DNA of 41,628 nucleotides from a virus: IMG/VR virus record IMGVR_UViG_3300019468_000010; one strand, 5' to 3'. Shown piece by piece: positions 33,023 to 41,628 of this stretch (position 1 is its first letter; each line of letters starts with the position of its first letter). The notes under the pieces were generated by a model. It saw only the letters and a program-made list of their open reading frames with translations, ran no database searches and was not told where the DNA came from. The position numbers and the translations under genes were made by a program.

Positions 33023-35324
33023 TTGGAAAACCACCACCTATTTCTATTTCTCTTGTAACGCTCAAAAGGTTAAACGGATAAGGTTTTTCGTGCAAAATAC
33101 ATACAGATGCATCGGTCGAGTACACTCCATCGAATTTTGGTAATATACATACCTTATCGCCACTATATAACTTGAGTGGCGGTAATGAAATATCATCCAT
33201 ATGGTTGAAGTTTCTTCCGATTTTGCCACCGAATGAATTTAAGATGTTTATCGATAATCTACTCATCGTTAATTGTCGGCCTTGTAACGTGCCATCTTGT
33301 ATTTGCATTTCAATACTCGGAATACGTAATCGTGTAGTGTAGTTAATACCAACGGCTACGCTTTGTGCCTTGCCATCGATATTAATAATTGCCGTAGGTG
33401 GTACTTCCTTAATTGGCCGTTCCCTACCATTTACAACGATTTGCACATCCTCACCAATCAGATGAGGTACTGTGATAGTGCTGATATTCTCTGTACTTGT
33501 TTGTCTAATGTAACAATCCATGTACACGTTATTATTATCAGCGTTATACATTGGCTCAAATCGTTCTATGCACATCACTGTACCGCTTTTGAAATCACGC
33601 TCAACGATTACATACAAACTATCTTGTTCGCCCTCTGCCACACTCTCAGCGTATTTGTATTTGCCTTTAGTGGTGAAATGCGACCATGCATACACCTTTT
33701 GCTCAGGAATGTACGTTAGACAATCGATATTGCCATCATCGGTAACGTAATAAACGATACTATCTGGATCTTGTGCATAAGCACTTGTAATGAAATTACG
33801 ATACTTTGTTAAATGCTTAACGAATAGAGTTAAGTCAGCCCCTGTGTAGTTATCGCTTTCATAGGAATATCCTAAATCACGCACTACACACCCTCTAGCT
33901 TGCACATATACACATCTATTCCCTATGTATTGTGGCTCACATTCAGATGCACCACGTTGGGTTTGTGTGCGTAGATTGCAGTTAGTCGGTGTGATAGTTT
34001 TTGAACCATCGATAATCCATTCGTTACCACTTGTTAAAATCAATAAGTCATTAGCAGGTATCAAGTGTCGAATATCATACATTTTGCGGTTAATAACTGG
34101 TAGTGTGATTGCACTATCATCTGTAATCGTACCGCCTACCTTTTCTACACCAAAGTTGGAATAATCACCTGTGCGACTAAACCATATGTAGTTAGGATAT
34201 TGATTACTAGATGCTAGGATAAATCTATCTTGATAAAACGTACATACACGAGGATAACCAAGGCCTTTACCCCATTGTCCAAATCTGAATTTAGAGGTTG
34301 CTTCGTTATCTACAACGCTATTCAATACATTTACTTTAACGTGCTTACTATCAACAAATTCTTTAATCTCAATTACACCATAATTAGAATGTGGCAAGAA
34401 TGATAGGTCTACATTAACGCTACCGCCTTTTAAATCAGATACAACTTTCAATTTAGCACTAGGTGTAACCTTGCCTGTGTCGGTTACGTTGTAGTCATTG
34501 TTGGATGTATATACCCTGTAATCTTTCCATGTAGTGCCGTTGTCATTGCTGATTTGGATTTTAACAGTACCATTCCAAGTGCCATGTGATGTGAATTTCC
34601 ACGATAAATCCTCATCACTACTGAATTGTTCTACATCATAATTGATGTTGTTGTATTCATTTTCAGCCATAAGAATACGTTCATCATCACCATCATAACT
34701 GCCTTTTATCACTTTTCCTGTTTCACTTGTTGTAATCGCTTTTATATAATGTTCAATCTGCATGACAGAATGAACCATATCAGCGTTGAATATATCCTTT
34801 GTGGCGGTTAATGTATCGCCATTCAAGATTACAGTACTTTCTTTGTCTATGTTGACTTCGCCGTATGGTTGCTCAGATAACTTATATGTATCAAATCGCC
34901 AGTCTGTATCACTATATCGTGATAGCGTTTTAACAGGGTATTTACCGCTACAAATGAACATTACATCACCACTTTGGATGCAATTCAACTTATCAACTAC
35001 ATCGCTTTCAAATGGTGTCTGTAATTCAATACCTGTATAGATACCATTTCGCCACACTCGGATATACTGTTCTCCGATTTCGAGTAGGAATGATTTATTC
35101 TTCTCGGCCGTAAATTCAAATAGCCGGGTAGACTTATCCTTGTTTTTAACTTGCCCTATATACTCTGACCCTTGCCGTCTAGCCACCGCCCCGTAAGGTC
35201 TAATGACTGCATTTTCTGCTAATAGCAATGCACTTTTAAACTGATCTAAGTCAAAGCGCCTAGATACATCAGGCGAAATCTCACCAGTTGTAAATGCAAG
35301 TTGTGATATATACATTGGTTTCAT
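33006..35324 (-). CDS. Tail tubular protein B / nozzle (gp12-position, 772 aa)
   Basis: AAGGAG RBS 9 nt before the ATG at 35324. Size and position match T7 gp12 (794 aa). The N-terminus is TTGEISPDVSRRFDLDQFKSALLLAENAVIRPYGAVARRQG. Confidence 0.55.
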   Translation of the reverse strand: MKPMYISQLAFTTGEISPDVSRRFDLDQFKSALLLAENAVIRPYGAVARRQGSEYIGQVKNKDKSTRLFEFTAEKNKSFLLEIGEQYIRVWRNGIYTGIELQTPFESDVVDKLNCIQSGDVMFICSGKYPVKTLSRYSDTDWRFDTYKLSEQPYGEVNIDKESTVILNGDTLTATKDIFNADMVHSVMQIEHYIKAITTSETGKVIKGSYDGDDERILMAENEYNNINYDVEQFSSDEDLSWKFTSHGTWNGTVKIQISNDNGTTWKDYRVYTSNNDYNVTDTGKVTPSAKLKVVSDLKGGSVNVDLSFLPHSNYGVIEIKEFVDSKHVKVNVLNSVVDNEATSKFRFGQWGKGLGYPRVCTFYQDRFILASSNQYPNYIWFSRTGDYSNFGVEKVGGTITDDSAITLPVINRKMYDIRHLIPANDLLILTSGNEWIIDGSKTITPTNCNLRTQTQRGASECEPQYIGNRCVYVQARGCVVRDLGYSYESDNYTGADLTLFVKHLTKYRNFITSAYAQDPDSIVYYVTDDGNIDCLTYIPEQKVYAWSHFTTKGKYKYAESVAEGEQDSLYVIVERDFKSGTVMCIERFEPMYNADNNNVYMDCYIRQTSTENISTITVPHLIGEDVQIVVNGRERPIKEVPPTAIINIDGKAQSVAVGINYTTRLRIPSIEMQIQDGTLQGRQLTMSRLSINILNSFGGKIGRNFNHMDDISLPPLKLYSGDKVCILPKFDGVYSTDASVCILHEKPYPFNLLSVTREIEIGGGFPNVTGL

Positions 35325-35326
35325 GA

Positions 35327-35920
35327 TTACCAACTCCTTGCTTTTACATAGTTAGAAATATATGGCATATCTTGCCTACGTTCTTTAGCACTCAAACTCT
35401 TGGCCTCTTGCGTTGCTGCTTGATAGAGTTTATAGCACTGGTCGAATAAACCACTATTGCCAGTTAATGGCATGGCTAGTTCTGCACCCATTTTAGATTT
35501 CAAGGCCTGTACGAATACAGGACTGAATACATCTATATCTTGCACATCGTACACGTAATCGATGTACGCAAGCGGTACATCACTCACGATATACTTTGTG
35601 TTATCGTCAAAGGTAAATACATCATATTCCTTTTGGCTTTCCGCTTTAAATCGTTCCCCTTTAGGAATAACCCCAAGGATACGGATGCACTTTTCAGGAT
35701 ACGCATATACATATTCATAGCCAGCTAGTTTATGCTCAGATAGTACGCACTCTTCACGCTTTCGTGCAAAGTTCCATTCATATTGTGAAAGTAGCATCTT
35801 GCGTGTCGCATCGTAATGCAATCTACATTGTCTAGCCGTTTCTGTTTCTTCATCAAGGCCGTATATCCTACCGCCATTGATTAATGACAAAGCCATGTTG
35901 CAAATATCAGTAGGTGTCAT
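35327..35920 (-). CDS. Tail tubular protein A / adaptor (gp11-position, 197 aa)
   Basis: The N-terminus ICNMALSLINGGRIYGLDEETETARQCRLHYDATRKMLLSQYEWNFA is the typical adaptor motif. Size matches T7 gp11 (196 aa). Confidence 0.6.
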   Translation of the reverse strand: MTPTDICNMALSLINGGRIYGLDEETETARQCRLHYDATRKMLLSQYEWNFARKREECVLSEHKLAGYEYVYAYPEKCIRILGVIPKGERFKAESQKEYDVFTFDDNTKYIVSDVPLAYIDYVYDVQDIDVFSPVFVQALKSKMGAELAMPLTGNSGLFDQCYKLYQAATQEAKSLSAKERRQDMPYISNYVKARSW

Positions 35921-35937
35921 ATTGCCCCCTTTGTAGT

Positions 35938-35965
35938 AAAAAAGAGGGATGCATACGCACCCCTC
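35938..35965 (-). terminator. Rho-independent terminator after the capsid gene block (GAGGGGTGC-GTAT-GCATCCCTC followed by U6 on the minus strand)
   Basis: 9-bp stem with one G-U pair, read directly. It lies between the 71-aa gene and tubular protein A. Confidence 0.7.
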
Positions 35966-35971
35966 ATTCTG

Positions 35972-36187
35972 TTATTCTGCAGTTTCTTCCGATTTCTTGC
36001 CTTTAGATTTAGTCTTTGGCTTTTCTTCGCCATCTTCGGTTTCTTCTGCGCCTACAGCTTCAAACAAATCATTGAAGTAATCTTTATCGTATTCAGCTAC
36101 TTCTTCTTTTGTAAGTTCTACTGTTTGTCCTTCTTCAATTAACCCCTTTGTATTGTGATACAAAGTTACTTTTGCAATGTATTCCAT
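35972..36187 (-). CDS. Small acidic/lysine-tailed hypothetical protein
   Basis: 71-aa ORF after the decoration-like gene and directly upstream of the terminator. Confidence 0.55.
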   Translation of the reverse strand: MEYIAKVTLYHNTKGLIEEGQTVELTKEEVAEYDKDYFNDLFEAVGAEETEDGEEKPKTKSKGKKSEETAE

Positions 36188-36195
36188 GTTACCCC

Positions 36196-36546
36196 CTATT
36201 TGCTAGTGATACCGCTAGTTAAGAATACAGAAATTGTGCCAGCCGTTGCATTGTTGACATTAGCACGTGTATAACGTTTAACACCATTTGCCAAGCGTAC
36301 TTTATATTCGTACCCAGCTGGTGCATTGGCTGGTAATGTAATACCATGCAACAATACAGGATTAGCAATGTTTTCTGTATCAGATGTATATACGTTGATT
36401 AATGCAGTACCAGTTAATGCTTTGTCTACACGAACAACTAGCCACAAGTTAGGGTCAGCATCACCGCTAGTAACCATAACATCGGAGCTGACATTGCCAG
36501 ATAATTCACGTTTCCAATGGAATGTATTTAAAGTATCAATAATCAT
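36196..36546 (-). CDS. Putative capsid decoration/cement protein
   Basis: 116-aa beta-rich protein immediately after the major capsid gene, as in epsilon15/BPP-1-type podoviruses. Positional argument only. Confidence 0.4.
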   Translation of the reverse strand: MIIDTLNTFHWKRELSGNVSSDVMVTSGDADPNLWLVVRVDKALTGTALINVYTSDTENIANPVLLHGITLPANAPAGYEYKVRLANGVKRYTRANVNNATAGTISVFLTSGITSK

Positions 36547-36563
36547 GTATTTTCTCCTCTCTA

Positions 36564-37559
36564 CTATGCAGTAACACGTGCTTCTGTGGAAAGCAATGCA
36601 TCAATTTTACGAACAGGAATACCATTCGCACGAGTAACCATTTTACCCATTTCCATATCTTCTGTGATAGTAGAACCATGCACTTTGTTCTTTTGCAAGC
36701 GTAAGAATGTACGCAATTCTTGGTTCATGTACCATACTGGGCGACATCCTGTGAGAGATTGCATTTTTTCTTCTGCACGGATCATCAAGTTAATCAAGTT
36801 AGGGCCTGCGGAAATATCTTCTTTGATAGATTTCATATCGATATTAGCGATACGTACTACATATCTCCAATCACGCACGGATAAACCGATGTTTTCTTTG
36901 AAATGAGTTCGATAAGCTTGGAACATAGAACCATCAGCTTTAGTAACTGTTACTTCGCCCAAATCTTCTTGTTCTAAACCGCCTTGACTGCCACGTGGAT
37001 AAATACCATGTACAGTAAGAGGGCCCCAACCTACGAGCCACATAGAGGCAAGGTTAGCAGTACCGCCTGCATCAATAATGTTTTTAGCACAATCAGCTTT
37101 TTTAATATCCAATGTATTGAAACGTGCGGATAAGCCAATGAATTTTTCTGGTGTAGTTTCATCACCATAGAAAAGTGTGCGTGCGATTTCTTGGCCCATA
37201 CTTTCAACAAATGCACTATCTTCTGTTGCACGGAACGCTACAGGGTCATTGGAAAGTTTAACCAAGTCTTTATCCACTTCGGAATATGCTTCCAACATAC
37301 CACAAATATCTGTGATTTGTTTTGTAGTGGATTTAGATGGTTGTACACCGCCATACAACATGCGCCATGTTGTGGATGGTAAGCCAGTACGTACAGTCGT
37401 TTTGTTAGATGTACCATCGTTACATTCAATCATTGTCATGTCTTGAATAATTTCGTTTGTTTGGTTCAATTGCTCAATGATTTGTGCAATTTTACCATTT
37501 GGATCCATACGAGTTTGTAAATCCAATAATGTAGGATTGTTAGTTCCAATTGTAGCCAT
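36564..37559 (-). CDS. Major capsid protein (HK97 fold, podovirus type)
   Basis: 331 aa, following the scaffold and portal genes and preceding a strong terminator. The sequence is of the type seen in T7/BPP-1-like capsid proteins. Confidence 0.8.
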   Translation of the reverse strand: MATIGTNNPTLLDLQTRMDPNGKIAQIIEQLNQTNEIIQDMTMIECNDGTSNKTTVRTGLPSTTWRMLYGGVQPSKSTTKQITDICGMLEAYSEVDKDLVKLSNDPVAFRATEDSAFVESMGQEIARTLFYGDETTPEKFIGLSARFNTLDIKKADCAKNIIDAGGTANLASMWLVGWGPLTVHGIYPRGSQGGLEQEDLGEVTVTKADGSMFQAYRTHFKENIGLSVRDWRYVVRIANIDMKSIKEDISAGPNLINLMIRAEEKMQSLTGCRPVWYMNQELRTFLRLQKNKVHGSTITEDMEMGKMVTRANGIPVRKIDALLSTEARVTA

Positions 37560-37572
37560 TAATTAATCTCCT

Positions 37573-38196
37573 TTAGTCTTTAAACATGGACGGATACATA
37601 TTCCGTCTAATAGCTTCGTCAGATTGATTATTTGCAGGTCTGTTGTTCCCTGCGTTACTATCTTCACTTGCCATACCAGCGATATGTGCGAATAGTTGAA
37701 TTACTTCTACACGATTACCCAAGCCATTTTCTGCTAGGATTTCACGGATATTAGGAATTGTCTTTTCTACCGCTTCAACACCTGCGGCCGCTTGGCTAAC
37801 AGTAGTATCGAATTTGTTCCCTAATACCTTTTTAGCGTTTTCTGCATACCCATCGTATTGTGCTTTGAGTGCTTCTTGCTTTTGGTTTTCGTAAGCCGTT
37901 ACAAGATTGGTTGCATATTGATTACCAAACTTAGCCATCTGTAATGCTTGCTCTTGCGTTGCGCCTACACCATTAAGCATTTTTGAAAACTCATCTGCGA
38001 TGGTTTGGTCTACTTCGCCACCCTCAAATGCAGTTGAGAAATCATATACAGTAGGTTCTGCAGGTTGGTCGGTGTTAGTATCACCGCCACCACCTAAAAT
38101 CGTACTTTCTTGGTCTTGTGTGTTCGTGTCCTGTGGTGTACCACCATTTGCACTATCCGTGTTATTGTTTGTGCCTTGTTCTAAATTTTCATCCAT
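37573..38196 (-). CDS. Scaffolding protein
   Basis: Position between portal and capsid genes. Acidic, low-complexity N-terminus and a helical remainder. Confidence 0.6.
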   Translation of the reverse strand: MDENLEQGTNNNTDSANGGTPQDTNTQDQESTILGGGGDTNTDQPAEPTVYDFSTAFEGGEVDQTIADEFSKMLNGVGATQEQALQMAKFGNQYATNLVTAYENQKQEALKAQYDGYAENAKKVLGNKFDTTVSQAAAGVEAVEKTIPNIREILAENGLGNRVEVIQLFAHIAGMASEDSNAGNNRPANNQSDEAIRRNMYPSMFKD

Positions 38197-38198
38197 GG

Positions 38199-38516
38199 TT
38201 ATTCACCTTTCTTTAATTCGTTCTCTTCAAGTGTTTTAAAATATTTCTGCATCTGAATATTTTCTAGTTGTGCTAGGTGGTATTTCTTAACACCCTCTAC
38301 ACCATCGCCAATCTTCCCTAAATCGTTTTGTAACAAAATAGCAACAGCCCTCATTCCCTCATTGAAGAATGTTGTACTGTTGCCTGTGAATGATTGGCTA
38401 TTCAGTTTTGCTCGGTCAAGAATGCGATAAAAAAACCACCTACCGAGTTCATCACTCAGTACGTGGTTCAGCGATTCAATGTCACGCTCTCGCATATAAT
38501 CTCTTTTTTGTTTCAT
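38199..38516 (-). CDS. Small conserved head-module protein (possibly Bbp19-like)
   Basis: Position between portal and scaffold genes. It contains an FNEGMRAVAILLQNDL segment. Confidence 0.35.
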   Translation of the reverse strand: MKQKRDYMRERDIESLNHVLSDELGRWFFYRILDRAKLNSQSFTGNSTTFFNEGMRAVAILLQNDLGKIGDGVEGVKKYHLAQLENIQMQKYFKTLEENELKKGE

Positions 38517-40238
38517 CTAGTACCCCATTCCCATTAACTGTTGCATTACAGGGTTTCCATCATTTGCTGCATCAGTTGCTTGTTTTGCTGCACTAGCCAT
38601 TTGAGGTGCTAATTGTGCCGCTTGCATCATTTGTGCTTGTTCCTCTTGTTCTTGTTGTGCCTGTTGTTGTTCTTCCATCTTAGCTTGGTATTCATCGTTG
38701 GATACAATTACTTTTGCAGGTACACCGAGGTTAACACCATAATAATCCGCTGCTTCCTCGAAATTAAACTTTTGTAGGATATTAGGATTGCCCTGTGCCA
38801 ATGACATAAGGAACGCAAAATACTGTTCAATTGATGTCAATGAAGATACTTTCTGAGCCTGTGCCAATGGTGAAATGTACTCTATCTTTACATCTTGGCC
38901 GTTTAACTCTTCCGCTAATGCTTCATCGATTGGCGGAAATACACCTGCACGATCTAATATCGCATAGGTGCGTTCGATAATCGGATTAAGAAATTCAGAT
39001 AGTAGCCGTTCCACTACAGGCCCTAATTGTTGTAACTTCTCTTGCGTGCGTTCCATGACTTCCCTTGCCGTCATTTGTCCATTGTCCATATTGTCTAGCA
39101 TAAGGAATAAGTCAGCACTATATGCACGCTTGATACTGTCTTTAACTTCAATGATTTGTTGCATTATCCAATCAAGATTGATACCTACATTAAAGATAGG
39201 CTCAACCTTACCACCTGTATCGACTTCGGTTATACCGCCCGGAAATAGTGATACACTACCAATCACATCGGATGTAACGGCCATTGGCGGTTTTACCCCT
39301 AACTCAATAGCGGTTAATCGGTCTAGTTCCAACTTCTGCAACATCATCGCATCAGATTGTGCGAACCATGCACTACCTTTACCATAACCATTTAGATCAT
39401 GTGTAGTGTGCCGTGCAATCGGAATAGGCCATTCTTCATAACCGCTATGTCGCAAGATTTCATCATCCCTACTCCCCTCAACCCAGTAAATAGAGGAGTA
39501 AGGCATATTCTTATTACCTAATTTTCCGTTGCGGTCTTTGTTTTCACACACTAGCCAACAAACAGTATATGTAGATGCATTACCCTTGCCGTCATCGTAT
39601 GCATTTTTAATCTTTTCGGTACAGTTATTGTATCCAAACTCTTCCACGAGTTGGTCGCAAGTCATGTTGTACTTTCTACCAAACGTGTTAACCTCACCAT
39701 TAGCATTGCACTCTAATGCGTAAGTGCCGATTGGATACGATGTGAAACGCACACCAACTTTACCATCAGGCATGATTGACATCGGTGCTTGTCCGAATGG
39801 CAACTCCATATAGACTTGGTGAACCACATTGTAGAAATTGGATTTTGCAAACACTGCATACAATATTTCTTCACGTTCATCTAATACTTTCGCTACATCG
39901 CTATTCGCCGCCATATCCGTATTTTCCATGGTTAGCTTAAACCATTTACGGCTAGGCGGTGTCATTCCACTCATTACACCACTAGCGAATATTTGACAGC
40001 TTTCCCATGCTATTCCAGTTAGTATTTTATCGGTATATAGTTTCGATTGGTCTTGTTCGCCATCGAATACACCAAGGAATGGCAACTGATAATCTCTTAT
40101 CATCTTCCATTTCTCAACGTACTTTTGACGATTGGTGAACATCTGATTGAATTTAGCTTTTATTTTTTTATAGTCTTTTGGTTTAGCTACAGGCTTTTCT
40201 GTCGGTTGCCTTGCTAGGCTTGATAAGATAGTACTCAT
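38517..40238 (-). CDS. Portal protein (T7 gp8 / Head-tail_con type)
   Basis: 573 aa. MTAREVMERTQEKLQQLGPVVERLLSEFLNPIIERTYAILDRAGVFPP...IEYISPLAQAQK is the characteristic podovirus connector motif. The C-terminus is Q-rich. Confidence 0.85.
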   Translation of the reverse strand: MSTILSSLARQPTEKPVAKPKDYKKIKAKFNQMFTNRQKYVEKWKMIRDYQLPFLGVFDGEQDQSKLYTDKILTGIAWESCQIFASGVMSGMTPPSRKWFKLTMENTDMAANSDVAKVLDEREEILYAVFAKSNFYNVVHQVYMELPFGQAPMSIMPDGKVGVRFTSYPIGTYALECNANGEVNTFGRKYNMTCDQLVEEFGYNNCTEKIKNAYDDGKGNASTYTVCWLVCENKDRNGKLGNKNMPYSSIYWVEGSRDDEILRHSGYEEWPIPIARHTTHDLNGYGKGSAWFAQSDAMMLQKLELDRLTAIELGVKPPMAVTSDVIGSVSLFPGGITEVDTGGKVEPIFNVGINLDWIMQQIIEVKDSIKRAYSADLFLMLDNMDNGQMTAREVMERTQEKLQQLGPVVERLLSEFLNPIIERTYAILDRAGVFPPIDEALAEELNGQDVKIEYISPLAQAQKVSSLTSIEQYFAFLMSLAQGNPNILQKFNFEEAADYYGVNLGVPAKVIVSNDEYQAKMEEQQQAQQEQEEQAQMMQAAQLAPQMASAAKQATDAANDGNPVMQQLMGMGY

Positions 40239-40239
40239 A

Positions 40240-40431
40240 TTAACCGCCTAATGTTGTTTTGCCTGTTGCTTGATTTAACGCACTAGCCAAGATGGTACTA
40301 TCATAACCTGTTTTCTTGCGCTTTTTATCGGTGAACCATTGTTCATCTTTCTTTTGCGTCATGTCATCAGTCTGTGCGACTGGTGCAGGTGCTGGTGTAG
40401 TAACACTTGGTGTTTTAGCTTTCATACACAT
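40240..40431 (-). CDS. Small hypothetical protein between terL and the portal gene
   Basis: AAAGGGGGAA RBS. 63 aa, ending in KTTLGG. Confidence 0.5.
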   Translation of the reverse strand: MCMKAKTPSVTTPAPAPVAQTDDMTQKKDEQWFTDKKRKKTGYDSTILASALNQATGKTTLGG

Positions 40432-40444
40432 TCACATTCCCCCT

Positions 40445-41628
40445 TTACCCAAATGGTTTGTACTCTGTATTCGCTACTCTTCTGTGATTGCCATTTACTT
40501 TTTTAGTGACCCTAAATGCAAAGGTCAAGGCTAATGCATCGCCTTTGTTCGGTGATGGTAGCCCTCGTTCTTTCATATCCTTTTTGCTCTCTAGTTGAAT
40601 ACGGCCATTCTTATCAATGATCGCTTCTGGCCCTACTAGGTCATCATACAATCCTTGCTCATTAGGAATTGAACCGCCCTCTTTTAGCCATTCTTTCATC
40701 TCGCCCCACATATAGGCTCTCATGTTGAGATACATATCATTAGGTGCTTTACCACCAAAGGCAACTAACCGCCATCGTCTACCCATTGATTTGCCAATAC
40801 TGTAAATACCTGTTCCGTACCCTTGGTCAATGAATACCGCATCAGCTTTGTATTCATCTTCGAATTGTGCTATGAGGTTAGCCATACGCATATCATCGTC
40901 ATTCTTTTCAATCGTTGCCAAGCACTTCATGGAATAGCCATTACGCATCACGATTTCTAATGTATCGCCACCAGTCCATGCAGGGTCTACACCGATAATT
41001 ACAGGTAGGTTATTAAACTCACCAACTCTGTACATTCGCTTTTGTGCTTCATCAACAATTGATGCGGATATAAATTGTGTATCCGATGCACTAGGGAATA
41101 TCCCTCTTACACGCACTTTTACAAAGTCGCTATCCTCACCATGAATATCAACCCATTCTTGCAACTTCGCTTTGTTTGAGATTTTAACAGTGCGGCTATC
41201 TATCTGATAGGTAGTCCAATATGCACGATGTTTTCTAAAACATTCTCTAAACCTACCACTATTACGTGTAGGGTTTCCAAACACGCACCATATAATCTCG
41301 GTTTCCTTATCTGTTAATGCACCCTCTGTTACTTCCCAAATCTTATCGGAAATAGCTGATGCTTCATCAAATATGATAAGTATTCTGTTTCCTTGATTGT
41401 GCAAGCCTGCGAATGCTTCTGGATTACTTTCGCTCCATGGAATAGCATCAATCCGCCATGTTTTCTCATACTGTTTATCAGCACTAAACAATGCAGTAGC
41501 AGTATAGGTGAACAGTTCCTTGCCTATGAATAAGTTGTACCACTTGTTAAGTTCAGCCCAAGTCTTAGACTTTAACTGTGTATCAGTATTAGCGGTAACA
41601 ACTCCCCTTGTATTCTCATGTGTAGCAA
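40445..41628 (-). CDS. terL: Terminase large subunit, C-terminal part. The frame is open to the window end, and the last 127 nt duplicate bases 1-127.
   Basis: Walker B ILIIFDEAS and a nuclease-domain region VIIGVDPAWTGGDT...FIDQGYGTG. In phase with the 5' part at 1-398. Confidence 0.9.
   Translation of the reverse strand, partial: ATHENTRGVVTANTDTQLKSKTWAELNKWYNLFIGKELFTYTATALFSADKQYEKTWRIDAIPWSESNPEAFAGLHNQGNRILIIFDEASAISDKIWEVTEGALTDKETEIIWCVFGNPTRNSGRFRECFRKHRAYWTTYQIDSRTVKISNKAKLQEWVDIHGEDSDFVKVRVRGIFPSASDTQFISASIVDEAQKRMYRVGEFNNLPVIIGVDPAWTGGDTLEIVMRNGYSMKCLATIEKNDDDMRMANLIAQFEDEYKADAVFIDQGYGTGIYSIGKSMGRRWRLVAFGGKAPNDMYLNMRAYMWGEMKEWLKEGGSIPNEQGLYDDLVGPEAIIDKNGRIQLESKKDMKERGLPSPNKGDALALTFAFRVTKKVNGNHRRVANTEYKPFG
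41502..41628. repeat. Terminal direct repeat (right copy), identical to 1-127
   Basis: Direct comparison. Confidence 0.95.

Overview
The window is one complete, circularly permuted temperate phage genome. Bases 1-127 are identical to 41502-41628, and this overlap lies in frame inside the terminase large-subunit gene, so the unique length is 41,501 bp. The DNA is AT-rich. Almost every gene is on the minus strand; the exception is a plus-strand lysogeny island at 13.8-15.8 kb (XRE repressor, small membrane protein, mini ImmA-like protease, tyrosine integrase) next to an attP-like region.

In transcription order the minus strand reads:
- cro-like switch and early genes
- recombination module: DUF1351-like protein, Rad52-like annealing protein, NinB-like protein, HNH endonuclease
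- replication module: replisome organizer with internal iterons, G39P-like loader, SSB
- a C5-methyltransferase-like gene broken at a G8 tract
- resolvase and dUTPase
- a YadA-type trimeric autotransporter adhesin cargo gene
- a late regulator followed by a 570-bp repeat-rich non-coding region
- terS, terL, a T7-type portal, scaffold, capsid and decoration proteins
- tubular proteins A and B, then four internal virion proteins that match T7 gp13-gp16 in position and size
- a mosaic tail fibre, the lysis cassette, and a small self-contained moron.

The last internal virion protein is a 2,820-aa polyvalent protein. It carries a PARP-like WHGS...GLYF signature, an HEMGH zincin module, a MuF-C-like module and glycine-zipper membrane segments.

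Firmicute-style regulatory and replication modules together with an outer-membrane adhesin point to a diderm Firmicute host (Negativicutes, Veillonella-like). This is inference. No tRNA, rRNA, CRISPR array, reverse transcriptase, transposase, or phage RNA or DNA polymerase was seen. All family names come from motif recognition by eye; no database search was possible.

Strongest candidates for novelty:
- the giant ejected polyvalent effector protein
- the phage-borne adhesin cassette with helically phased upstream repeats
- the homopolymer-switched methyltransferase
- the 570-bp repeat-rich non-coding region
- the promoter-to-terminator moron beside attP
- a lysis cassette for a diderm host with no recognisable spanin pair.
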